64,000 bases of DNA from NCBI GenBank assembly GCA_000320545.1, contig ADNK01003301.1, positions 5,605 through 69,604 on the forward strand, given 5' to 3'. This stretch comes from Bigelowiella natans CCMP2755 (lineage: Eukaryota; Protista; Cercozoa). Made by a program: the position numbers and the translations under genes. Below, piece after piece: positions 1-12,748 of the stretch (the first letter of the stretch is position 1; the number at the start of each line of letters is the position of its first letter). The notes beneath the pieces are model-generated. The model searched no databases, was not told the origin of the DNA, and saw nothing but the letters and a program-made list of their open reading frames with translations.

Positions 1-667
1 GCCTTTTTTCGAAAGTGGCCGAAATTCACTTGAAATCGAGGTTTTTGTTAAGTCGCAGTTCATAATTGTAGGAGATTTTCCAATTTTCTCAGCACTTTTC
101 GACCACAAAGGTCTGAACCATCCAGCCCCCTCCTCAGGTGTGCGTGCTGGTCGTTCCTTCCACCCCTCGCTGCTCCCCCCCTCGAATACAGCTTTCCAAA
201 AAGATATAGAGTCCGACTATAGTTTCCATCCTTCCGATGAGTGGATCTGTGGCGACGAAGCTCTTCCGGCAGATTCGGTCGAAAGCCCGCGAAATCGATA
301 GGCTTCTCATGCAAGTGGACACCCACTTCCCAGCCAAGGAATGCTCCTCACAGATGCTTTTCAACGAGAGCCTCAAACGATGGCTGAGAGCACCGAAGAA
401 GCCGGCTACATCGCAACCATCGAGTGGGGAGGATCTTGATGCAGTGCTCAGCATGCCTGTTTCCGACAGTGTGAGGGAGCTCATCGGTGATGAAGGCGAG
501 AGCAAGGAAATGGACCTCTCCCTTGGCTTCGAGATGATAAGGGAAATGTCAAGACATCTTACTGGGCTTCAAATAGTAATCAAATCACCTGCAAAGCGCG
601 ACCTCATATCTAAGCTGTGATGGTTTTTCTGAGTGCTGTATGCGTAATGTACATTAAATGAAAAAAT

Positions 668-706
<39 letters not shown>

Positions 707-2194
707 CTAATCATTGCACATATATCCCCTTCAACCCAAAAGGTGCTGGAGTGGTGCGAGCTGGTCAAGCAAAGCCTCAGCGCGGACAACATAACCGACC
801 ACGACATCGTCGGCATCGAGAGGGTAACTACTACTATTACTACTACCACTACTATTACTACGACGCCTCTTTCTTTCAATGCTGCACGGAAACAACCTAG
901 CATCACCAATTTAATTACGTTGCATTCGTGCGTACTTGTGATATATAATATTCCTCCACAGGGGGCAATGCTTGTCGACCGGGTGTCGCTCCTTCTCGAT
1001 GAGGATGAAGGAAACAGCGAGCTGGACTTTCCCGAAGATGTCACTGCAGAGAACCAGCCGCTTTTCGGACCTGAATATCAAACTGAAGGTAGGCAGGTGG
1101 CCGGCCGGTGGGGGGAGGAGGGGGAGATGAATAAGACCAATCAGGAAGAACAATCGAATAGACTACTTTGCGGCTGGGGAACTCTGCGACGACGATTGAC
1201 AACCCATGACTGCGAGAGAAGAAAGAGAGTTGTATTCAATGCTGCTCTGATTTTTTTAAAAATGTATTTTATTAAAAAAAGGCCTGCATCCATACGACCG
1301 GGCTACGATAGATGAGTTGGATGATATTGCGGACGAGGTTAAGACGAGGATCAGAAACAGGTTCACTATGGCGACCGCCCATCCCTTTATCCATGTCCAC
1401 AGCGCACAAAGCAAAGCAAACACCCTGATGGAGGAGCGTATAATTTGTGCCGATTTTATTTAGTACCGACTTTGTCGTCAAATTTTGGTCAATTCGCTCT
1501 CACCACCACCCTCATCAGCACGTGCAGCACTTTTCGAAAATCAAAACGACGATGATGAAAAACAGGCCGACGAGAGAATTTGGACACGTATTATTTGACG
1601 ATTGCTGGTGTATTGTTGTAATTTGTTGTTTCGAGCAGGAAAGAGGAAGGGGGTCACGAGCCTTCTCAAGTTGAGGTTTTGCACGAGGTAACAATCAAAA
1701 TAGTTCTGTCCTCTCCTCGTCATTTCGTGTGTGTGTACATGCAATATGTGTATTCATTTGTGTGCTTCTCCCTCTCTCTCGCTCTTTCTCTCTATGTGCG
1801 TGCGTGCGTGCATGCATGCATGTTTGTGTGGAGAAAGCGTTGATATTTTAATGAGTAGTGGATATGTTCCCATATAAATAAGGTCAATTCAGTCCTTTTC
1901 GACCAAATCGGTTTCTTTGGCGCACCCTCCCCTGAATGGTGAGTAGCAAACAGAGAATTCTCTCTCCCATGTACTAAATTAGAATACAAATTGGAGAGAG
2001 GAAAGGAGCACCGAGCAGCACTTCTTGTACAAAAGTAGAGATATAAACACACATGTGCTGTGGTTCTTGTCGTCGTCGTCGTCGTCGTCATCGTCGTCAC
2101 CAGGTTTGATAGCTCTCGCAACCAGCTGCGAGGCGTATTAAAGGCAAGGTATGGTGTGATCGATCGCTGTCGTAGTAGTAGTAGTAGTAGTAGT

Positions 2195-2230
<36 letters not shown>

Positions 2231-2414
2231 CTGCTCTACAAATGATGCACATGCACAGCAGCAGGCTGCTTATTATTTCCCCACCGACTGGCCTCTTTCT
2301 TTCCTTCTTTATTCTCTCCCCTCCCTCTCCCTCCGTCATACCACTCCTTCTTTATTCTCTCTTCTTCTCATACTCGCACCTTGCTCCTCTTCTCATCACC
2401 CCCACCCCCCCCCG

Positions 2415-2459
<45 letters not shown>

Positions 2460-2548
2460 ACAATAGACGAGGATCTCCAATTCCTCTCTGCATCCTCCAT
2501 GCTGCCGTTTCAACACGTGTTGGGTAATAGCTGCAACAACGAAAACGA

Positions 2549-2581
<33 letters not shown>

Positions 2582-3373
2582 CGACGACGACGATAATGAT
2601 GATGATGACGAAGGGAAGGAAAAATGCCTATGTTTCTGAGGACAGCAGCACCTCAAAAAAACAATCGCACAAGAGCACCTAAAGGGCACCGATCGCCTCT
2701 GTCTCTAGGACGTGTCGCATACGCAGAACAAAATTCATCGAAGCAACTTCGACAACGACTCGCGCACACGCAAAGTACAAATTTGCACACACACACACAC
2801 ACACACACGCACTTCTTCCGCACTGCTGTTTTCCCTTCTTCTGTTGATGCAGACTAAACGTCCGAGGCGTGAGGATTCCTTCTTACTTCTTGCTACGAGT
2901 CGCATTTGGTGATGTTGCCGATGAAGCATCAGCAGATGGTGAAAGCGGAGGCCTGAGGTAGTGTATTAATACAATATAAACCATGCACGACGCCCAAATA
3001 ACAACAGTTAGTTGTTGCGTGTGTGGGTACCTACCTTCCCTGAGCTTCTTTACTCCTCCATTCGGTGAAAAGGGGAGGATTTCATCATAATCCACCATCA
3101 TCATTATCATCATCATCATCATCGTTATCATCATCCACACATACGTGACATTTCACCCGATAATAAAGCAGCTCCTTGGCAGTATTTTGCTTCGTCTTTC
3201 GTTTCTCTTCTTCTGCTTCATTCAGCTTCGTCACTTATTGTTGTTGTTATTGTTGTTGTTGTTGTTGTTGTTGTTGTCGCTGTTTCTGCCCCTCCCTCCA
3301 CCCATAGGATCGACCAGAAAGCCAACAGCGTTGATATTGGTGGGTGGCAATCACCAATCAGAATATAAATATA

Positions 3374-3427
<54 letters not shown>

Positions 3428-3858
3428 TTCTCGTCGTTCTGTTCTGATGAACCGATGGTACGCCTCCCATCAGGAACACGCGAGGATATACGCAAGAGCG
3501 CTGAGATTGAAGTTTATTGGAATGGGGACGACAAGTGGTAGCTCGTAGTACTCATAGTCGTAGTCGTTTTTCTAAGCTCAGTAAGGCAGTTTTTGTGCTT
3601 TTGGTTCCGTTTGCGTGCCATCCTGTGCCCTCATCCATCCGTCTTTTTAACCAGCACCACCAACTCTTGATGTATGTATTGACTCTTTTGTTGCTTTCGC
3701 CGTTATTTTGCAGGTACCCTGCGGAGGTCGATTCTATCGAAGGGGACGTTATCACAGTCAACTATTGGTTGTAGCATAACAGTCTTATCAATTTTATTCT
3801 GACCCCTCCCCCCCTCCTTTTATAGCTTCTCGCCGACCCCATTCCTATGCATGTATGT

Positions 3859-3895
<37 letters not shown>

Positions 3896-4046
3896 AATGT
3901 TTGAGGGGCTGCTGCTACAAGTGTGTATGGATGATGATGATGATGATGATGATGATGCGTGTTGGGGGTAGGGATAACGACAATCGGCACCGACGGCTGC
4001 TGATGGAAAATATGAATAAGGTTTCTGCTGTGTATAAATACTGAGT

Positions 4047-4090
<44 letters not shown>

Positions 4091-4518
4091 CCTATTTCGA
4101 AAGTATGCAGTTGAGCGCAAGAGATGCAAGCACACGACTTTCTTTCCATATTTGTCTTCGCCGTCGTTGACATATCGCTTGATTGTCGTTTGCTGACTAC
4201 TCCTAAACTTGATATTCATCAAATTGTTAAATATCCTTTGCATCGATTTTTCCAGCTTCCCGATCTTCATAAGGACACGCTCGTTTTTCGTCTCCTCGTG
4301 GACCGTGCATGTACACACACACAGCAGATGATACGCATATACAACTACATCAAAAATGCAGCATAAGACCCCCTCTCTAATGGCACCATGAGAAAGTCTT
4401 CTGGTGAAATGAGAACAAAAAGACAACTGATTTTTTAGCTTTGCTCCATCAATGCTAGCGATGATCAGTTATTGAGTTTCAGTGAGGAGATAAACTTGTA
4501 GTTGAGAACATGCATGCA

Positions 4519-4549
<31 letters not shown>

Positions 4550-4646
4550 TTTACTACTGTTGCACTCATTCAGCCGATGTTCGAGAGCTGGCAGTGGGGC
4601 GGCGCGTCGAGGTGTTCTGGGCGCAGGATAACACGTGGTACACAGG

Positions 4647-4677
<31 letters not shown>

Positions 4678-5407
4678 TCTCGCTTTTATCTTGTCACAAT
4701 AATCAGGAGAGTGTTGAGTTTGGGGGTGAACATTGAAGGGGAGACAAGGGGGGGGGGGTTGGAGAGACGTAAGAGGGAAATACTAGCTCAACGAAGATGA
4801 AGAAGTTCATTTTGGCATCCGTTCACGTCCCACCCACCCCCCCCCCCCCCTCCCCTTCGATCCTAGGGACTGTAAAGTGGGTCGACACTGCCAACGGAAA
4901 CGTGCACGTGAGGTATGAACGAAAGTAGCACTAAAGAAGATATTGTTGCCTTATTACCACGCTCTTCCTGCGAGCGGTAGTGGTTAAGATGGTGATGATA
5001 ATGATGATAATGATGATAATGATGATGATGATTGTGATGATAATGACGACGATGATGATGATGCTGAAGAAGAGGAAAGGGAGGCGGAAAGGAGGGAATA
5101 GAACCAACCGCAACCGTGCGATTTGTGCGAGTTTAGACCGTCATCTTTGCCATGAAAGATAAAGCGAAGTATAATCCAATCCCATGCCTCTTTGTCTTTT
5201 CTTCTTCTCCTTCCCACGATAAAAATCGTCTCTCCTTCCCACGTTTGCCCTCATCAATCAGATACGATGACGGCGATGAAAGAAACACGGTGCTGCAGCA
5301 GCTACGAGAGTAGAAGAAGTGTTGAGTAAATGTTGAGTAAATATCATCGATACGAGAGTAGAAGAAGTGTTGAGTAAATGTTGAGTAAATATCATCGATA
5401 CATGATG

Positions 5408-5444
<37 letters not shown>

Positions 5445-5689
5445 ATATATATGTACATGAATATCATGTATATACATATTATAGAACACACTTTGTTGCA
5501 AGCATATGCTTACTATTTTGTCATCTATTGTTTGCACTCCCCCTCCCTCTCCTTCCACCTTTTCTCCTCCTCCTGCTGCTGCTTCTGCTTTGGATGCTGC
5601 ACATCTGTTATTTAGACATTGTCCATTGGCCTCTTCGGCGCCCCCCCTGCACGGCACCTCCGTGAGGATGAGAACAAGGCTTCTCCGCC

Positions 5690-5733
<44 letters not shown>

Positions 5734-6218
5734 AGAGAGAGAGAGGACTAGAGAGAGAGAGAGAGAGGACTAGAGAGAGGGAGAGAGAAAGAGAGCAGCA
5801 TTGTCGTCGTTTACGTTTTAATGACTTATCGTATCGTCGTCTCGGTCGTGGCGGGGTGTGCTTTCGTTGTGCTTAAGTGTTCTTATTCGGTGCATGTACA
5901 TATGAGAAGGATGAGAAGAAATGAGGGGGGGAAGGGGAAAGGGGGATGAGAAAGGACTGTGGTGTGTGCTCCTCCATGCTTTCACATGATGAGAACTAGG
6001 GCAAAGGCGTCATCAGCGTTTGTCTTTTGTTCTTCTGTATGATGCAAGGACGACGGGGGAGCTGAGAGGAGTGCCAATGCGGAAGAGGGGAAAAACCTCG
6101 TATTTCGCCTGTTTGATAGGCCTTTCAGCGACGAGTCAGGTGGGTGCTATTAGGCGATGGTTTTTGATTACAAAACATCGGCTGCTTTTAGTACTGTTGA
6201 TTACTGATGGTCCTCCTC

Positions 6219-6251
<33 letters not shown>

Positions 6252-6629
6252 CTTTTCTTCTTCTTCTTCTTCTTCTTCTTCTTCTTCTTTCTCGCCTTGT
6301 GTGGCTTTAGATGCTACGAGCTGTTTCGTGGACCCTCATAAGAGCGGCAAGGTGTGTGCTCAGATGCAAGGGGGGGGTGGGGGGGGTTAGGGTTTGGGGG
6401 GGACTGCTTCCGGAGGGGGGGGGGTTCTAAATTTTTGACGATGTGGTTACGATTTGATCCCTACGTGCCAGAGCCGGTTATTGAGTCGTCGTGGTTTGTG
6501 TGTCGTTCATCATCTCTTCTAATGTCGATGCAGGTCTTTTGCCACGCTGAAATGTCGTCGCTTTTGCGCGAGAATGGTATCCAGTCATCCAAGTTTAGGG
6601 TAAGATCTATAAATACGCACATGCACATA

Positions 6630-6706
<77 letters not shown>

Positions 6707-7382
6707 ATACTATCGTATGTCACCCTTCCCCTGATCTGTGTTGTCCTCGCGTGTGGATTTGTACGTGTGTTTGTTCGTGGATGATCGATCAGTCCCACCT
6801 CTCTCCGGTGCAAAACCCTGCTGTGTGGGTGAGTATGCTGAAGCACATGGTAATAGTAGTTGTAGTACTATTACTACTATCTTTTGCTAGCTGCTAGTAG
6901 TAGTATCCTTCTATTTTACACTCTGTTCGAATGCACCGCCCCCCCTGTCCCGCCTTTAACCCCCTCACGTAAATGTCTTCTTCTTCTTCTTCTTCTTCTT
7001 CTTCTTCTTCTTCCCCTTTCTGGTGCGTAGCTGAGAATGGCTGGGGCGACTGAGCGGCAGGAGCATAAGAACATGTGGAGCAACCAGCTCGTAGATCTGA
7101 AGAAACTCGAACAGTAGTATATGCTGATATTTTCATATCTCTTTAACAATCACACGACAAGTCCACGTGCATCTTCCCTTTCGTTTGCTGAGAAATCGGA
7201 ACCCCCGTCGTCATCTCAGGTATTCTCCAACATCGTGGGCGCCGCCCCCTGTTCCATCCGCTGTGGCCGCACCCACTGCAGTTGCTGCTGCTGCTACTGC
7301 AGAAACGCCGTCAGATGAAACAGAGCCCTCAGCAGCGAATGAGGGAGATGAAGGAAAAGGGGGGAATGAAGGCAGGCCTTGA
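1..7382 (+). CDS. 3' part of a long multi-exon hypothetical gene with two Tudor/Agenet-like domains; 5' end outside the window
   Basis: Short GT-AG exons can be chained between microsatellite-filled introns, e.g. IDQKANSVDIG|TREDIRKSAEIEVYWNGDDKW|YPAEVDSIEGDVITVNYW and ADVRELAVGRRVEVFWAQDNTWYT|GTVKWVDTANGNVHVR|YDDGDERNT. These match the Tudor-like pattern VxVxW..D..WY.G.V....V.YDDGD. Last exon ends EGKGGNEGRP* at 7382. Continuity of 1-3400 with the Tudor exons is inferred. Confidence 0.6.
5303..5400. repeat. Perfect 48-bp tandem duplication in an intron
   Basis: tacgagagtagaagaagtgttgagtaaatgttgagtaaatatcatcga occurs at 5303 and 5351. Confidence 0.95.
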
Positions 7383-7957
7383 CCGTTGAATGGACGTGGC
7401 TTATCGTCGTCGTCGTTGTCGTTGCTGTTGTCAAACGACAAGAGCTCATCTTCCCAAGTGCCAAAGGACAGAGAAAAGTAGTTGAAAATGTTGGGGAAAC
7501 ATCCTTCATTGTTGTTCAAAGTAATGAGTGAGTTGATCATCTTTCCAGCACACGTACTACGAAGAGTGACTAAAAATTAGTCGGATCGGACGGAAAGATA
7601 TGTAGTTAACAAGATGAGAGTAATATCACATTGATGCATTCACGACGATGTAAAATCTGACAAGTTGCTGAATCATCAACTACTATAAAAATATTTTTGG
7701 CAAACAGCATAACCCGTGATTCATCGGAGTTATTATTATTGGTGCTTTTCGCAATGTTAATTATAGATCCATATCATAAAGTGGATTCGCAGCAGCCATA
7801 CATGATCGAAGACATATAGCATACTATATGATGATTAGCAAAGCACTACCACTGCATGCGCAGGAGAGAATTATATACGTGTGTGATGAATAACTCACAT
7901 AAGTATCTTATAGGCGCTTTAGCTTGTATTGCCGGCGACAACAATATGCATACTATA

Positions 7958-8102
7958 AGCAGCATTGCACAGCTGCATAAGGGTGACCATTGAAAATTTT
8001 AATCTCTTCATTACATCCGTCTCATATATTATAGCTCTGCATAGCGCATTAGGCTGACTAATGAAAAAATGTAATCTTTTCATTACACCAGTCTCACATA
8101 TG
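7958..8102 (+). mobile_element. Two tandem ~70-bp 3' ends of the (TA)n-tailed non-LTR element
   Basis: gaccattgaaaattttaatctcttcattacatccgtctcatata and a second, more diverged copy. Both match the 3' terminus of the LINE relic at 61560. Confidence 0.8.
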
Positions 8103-8452
8103 TCTAGGTATAGCCTAGCAGTGTTTTTTCTGCGCATCTATGTTAGCATAGGGGCGAAGTAGTACTACATGAAGCGACTATATATCACATGCAAAGCAAA
8201 TAATTTCCAGCAGTGTATAAAGCAAGAATGACAAAAGTATTTACTTATCTCAATAATGTACAATAGAATGCACCATTATCTTCCCCCAAGAAGAAACAAA
8301 CAAAGTCAAGTTCATTTAAATTTCATTGTCTGATCGCCTGAATCTCCTTTCGAAGAAGGAATTTGCGTGAAACTGTAGTTCTTCAATCTTCAAACAATGC
8401 CTCCTGCCCTCTCCAATTTGAACCCACTTCACACTCCAAGTGTATAATATTA

Positions 8453-8731
8453 TTATTCATCATCTGGTAGTTCATTCCATTTTTTCAGTGCTTCTTCATA
8501 TTCTTTTTTAGCAACTTCTGCTTTTTGTTCATATTTTTTCTTTTTGCTTTCGTTTATTGTTTTCCAACTAGCTCCACCCTGACTGACCATCTCAGTCACA
8601 TTGTATTTACCATCATTCGTTTTCCGGAAATCGGTCATAAAATGGAAGAAAGCCGACCTGTGATATCGGAACCAAATTGAATGGGACAACAACATTAGTA
8701 ATAATAGTAATAATAATAATAATGACATATG

Positions 8732-8782
<51 letters not shown>

Positions 8783-9700
8783 CATACAAGAATTGTATAC
8801 TTCACCTACGAATAGGATGTGTCTCTATGGCTTAGTAAAATCTTACTACTTACATCGGCTTCTTTGGCTTTTGCCCTGCCTTGCTATTGCTTTGTTTCTC
8901 TTTGTAAGCCTCCATTGCAGACTCATGCTCTGCTTTGAGTTTCGCAGCGTTCTTTTCGTAGGGGGCCTTATCAGCATCACTCATGGTACCCCAAACCTTT
9001 CCTGCCTCTTGAAGAAGGGACTTCGCATCATACTGAGTGTCGATATTATACGTCTTAATCTTGTGTGTGATGTGAGGAAGTATGGGTCATGGCTTGTGAA
9101 ATGGTAATAATCTCAGTAACTAACCTTGGCTTTATTTTCCTCTCTGAACTTATCGAGGAAAAGCAAAAATGCCGACTTGGGTTTCTTGGGCTTATCTGCC
9201 AACAATCATTGTCATCTATTCCCCAATTTAAGGAATAACTTAAGTAATCTAAGTAATCTAGATAAAATGAAACCTGGATCTTTGGCCATTTTCTTGAGTT
9301 TTTTCTTGTCTGACTCCTTAGCCTTTCCCTTCGAATTAGCAGCACTCTTTTTCTTTTCGGGAGTTGAGTTTTTCCTTGTAGTCTTCTCCTTGGCAGGAGC
9401 TTTCTCCTCTGCTGATTTCTTGTTGGCACCACCCTTTAGCATTAAATTATGAAATTTCCAGCAACGCTCTGACACAACCTCTTCCCCTTGGCTGACAAGG
9501 GGTGAACAAGATAGTTTGCTTCGTGATATTTTTGCTGAAACCCCATCGGCGTGCTTCCGGGATGGAGGGAGACCGAGGACTGCGAGAGTGGCGATTAAGA
9601 TAATGCCTACAATGATTGAGCGTCTCCCAGGAGGGGCTAATCTTGTGTTCCTCCTCCTTGGAGGATACCCAAGCGAGCGCGCCAAGGGTCTTTCCTCCAT
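8453..9700 (-). CDS. Tandem (2x) HMG-box protein with N-terminal bipartite targeting leader; 4 exons
   Basis: Spliced product: ...KMAKDP|DKPKKPKSAFLLFLDKFREENKAK|IKTY...AGKVWGTMSDADKAPYEKNAAKLKAEHESAMEAY...KPKKPM|SAFFHFMTDFRK...GGASWKTINESKKKKYEQKAEVAKKEYEEALKKW. Two PKKPxSAF HMG boxes. Exon 1 is open from ATG 9700 and encodes an Arg-rich n-region plus hydrophobic SIIVGIILIATLAVLGL. Confidence 0.9.
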
Positions 9701-11161
9701 TTTATTGGACACACAGAATCTTTTTCAGACATACTGGAAGATATTGGGGTCACCGATATTTTCCAATCTACGAAGATTCATAGAGAACGACAAAGAAGAT
9801 TCACTTCCGAAAACAGTTTAGCCAATCAACTTCTACTCCATGTCGCCTTGACGCGCTGCGGAAATGCCTTCGCGCGCTCGGAGACTGACCGAAATTTTAT
9901 TTCGGCACCCATATTCAATCTTTCTCGGTGGAATTATTTTTGCGTCAGCACACGCGATAATGCGGCAATCGACCAGATTTAACTAATAGCCTGCATTCCT
10001 CTCGTTTTTTGCTATTTTGAGGAGTAGTTGGTTGGCAGTCCGACGAAATTCGCTCGATGATGTGATCAACAAAAAGTGATACAAACGACAAGGAAATATT
10101 CTTGACGTATGATAAAATGAATGGTTTTTCGCTCTAAATTGCTCCAGTGAAAGAGAATTAAGATCTTACACGCATCTGTTCAAATCTGTTCGACGGGTAC
10201 GGCACCCCCTCCCTCCCATACTTAAAAAGAAGTACTGCCCATATCATCGCGCACCTCCCTGTTCATAATGGGAGGTTGATGACTTCATTTTTGTAATGTA
10301 AATTAACGGTGCAATTTGCCGTTGAGGGACACTGCAATTGCACACTCCAAGTCGGGGTGCCACGGTGGTACTTTTCCCACGTTGTGCAGCAGCATCCGAG
10401 AAAAACTCATTTTGAGTTTCTGCGGATGCAATGACAGTCCCTCTCAGATATTACTTTGATATCGACATTGAAATGTCTTCCGAAAAGAAGAATTCGACCA
10501 TTTTGAGGAAACCATCCGATGACGTTTTTTTCGATCTTTCTCTCCCCGAGAAGATGCGATGGTTTCTCTTTCTTCATAAAACATCGAGTACCGTTTGCTC
10601 ATGTGTTGAAGAATATGCAAGGGAGTACTTGGGATGGTAGCTGGGTATGGGATCGGGAATGATATCTTAATGGGATCGCATAATTGATCATTTGTGAATC
10701 TTCTTCAGTATTCCTCATTCACGCAATTTAACTTGGGAATGAGCGGATATTCTCCGAACAATCTAAGAACAAGAATGACAAGCAAGGTTGTGTACTATAG
10801 ATTTTAAATTTGGTGGGAAAGTATATTCTGAGGGCTTTGGAATACTAGAAAACTTAAGAGTCGATTATGATGACATCACTCACTCAAGATACCGGGGATG
10901 AAGCGGCTAATTCAAACATGGAATGAAATTTAAGTGATGGAACTGATTAACTCTTTCTTCCTTTTAGTCCGACGTCTCCATCAGCTTACCAGTCCATGTA
11001 CAGGACACGAAAGCCTACTCCCGCATGTAGATCAACTCTCACACACTGCCTCCATATCATTGATATCAACGTGTCTTTCTATCCTCAGCTCCAATGAACA
11101 ATACACCTCGAAGCCAGTATCCGCGAGCCTGGATAATAGGCAATCATTAGAGCAATTTACC

Positions 11162-12705
11162 ATGCTTGTTTACGTTATGGTGGGGCTCTCGGGTTTCTGC
11201 ATATTGCTTGGGCTGCTTTCAATGGGATTCCGAGCAGGGTATGGTTGGAGTAGTTTCAGTAGCTTATTAACTGCTGCTGCTGCTGCTGCTGATGATGATG
11301 ATCCGTACTCTATTTATCTAGCAATGTCATGAAATTGTGCTTTGGTTGCTCTTCTCCATCGAATTGCATTACATTTTAATTATTCCAAACGCACATCACC
11401 AGTAGCGTCCTCAAACCCTACCGTCCGTTGCAGGTACATGATACTGGTGCTGCTCATCTGCATCGGCAGTTTCTTCCTTATTCTATATCTCGCTCAATGG
11501 ATCATCGCACACCCAGACAACGACCCTCAAATGAGGAAGATATCAGATTACATCCGTGAGGGTGCCCAAGGTACAGCATCAACCGAGCAGATGCCCCTCT
11601 TGACAGTTACTTATCAAAATAATTTCTGCTGCCTTTTCCTTCTTCTTCACACTTATCATCGTTCATTCATCTATTAGGGTTCCTTACGGTCCAGTACAAC
11701 ACTATCCTTTGGATGGCTGGTGCCGTGGCAGTGGTGATCTTTGGTATCTACCTGTTCCGAGCCTCCACGACGAAGGAGGTCTCTAAGACCACACTTGCGA
11801 TCCTGACGTCGCTATCGTTCGGTCTGGGTTGCTTTTGTTCCGCACTCGCTGGCTACATTGGCGTCTGGTCCTCTGTGCGCGTGAACATCCGTGTGGCAAT
11901 GGCAGCTGGAAAGCGGGATTACATAAATTGTTTCTTGCTCTGTTTCCGGGGCGGGGCGCTCTCAGCCTGCCTTTCCGCGTCCATGTGTATCCTCGGAATT
12001 TGCATGCTTTACCTACTTGTTCACATTATCTTCGTCGACTTCTCTGGAATGCCAGTCCACGAAGTTCCGGTGCTGCTCGCTGGCTATGGCTTCGGAGCAT
12101 CGTTCGTGGCGCTTTTCATGCAGCTCGGGGGAGGCATCTACACCAAGGCTGCTGACGTGGGTGCGGATATGTGCGGGAAGATCGACCAAAACCTGCCGGA
12201 AGACGATCCAAGGAATCCGGCTGTCATTGCGGACCTTGTTGGAGATAATGTCGGGGACTGTGCAGGATCCATGGTATTACGTACTGTACAGCAGCATGAT
12301 GATGATGAGGAGGAGGAGGAGGAGGCAATGGATGAGTACGACCCAAAAAAAGGATGAGACAAAACACAACAATATAACGATGCACATCTGCATAATTGCA
12401 CGTTATTGTTATTGTTGTTGTTGCTACGGTGGTAGTGGTAGTGGTAGTCCTGGTGTCATTATATGCTCTGACATCTTAAATTCTTCTCAGGCCGATGTAT
12501 TCGAGAGCATTGCCGCTGAGATCATCGGAACCATGATTCTGGGAGCTAGTCTAGGCCACGAAGCAAAAGTGGAGAACTTGGAGGCTTTCATCTTCTTTCC
12601 ACTCATCATTCATGCCTTTGACTTAGTTGTAAGCGGTGTCGGTATTATGGCAGTGCAATCGCGCGGTCGGTCGGAGCCTCCTCTCACTACAATGCTCAGA
12701 GGGTA

Positions 12706-12748
<43 letters not shown>

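Noticed and set aside
600-7150. Many short ORFs rich in CVCV/THTH/YIYI/poly-residues
   Set aside because: Translations of intronic microsatellites.
10196-10372. Short inverted repeats (ggcacccc/ggggtgcc; gtgcaatt/aattgcac)
   Set aside because: Only 8-bp arms; insufficient to call an element or RNA.
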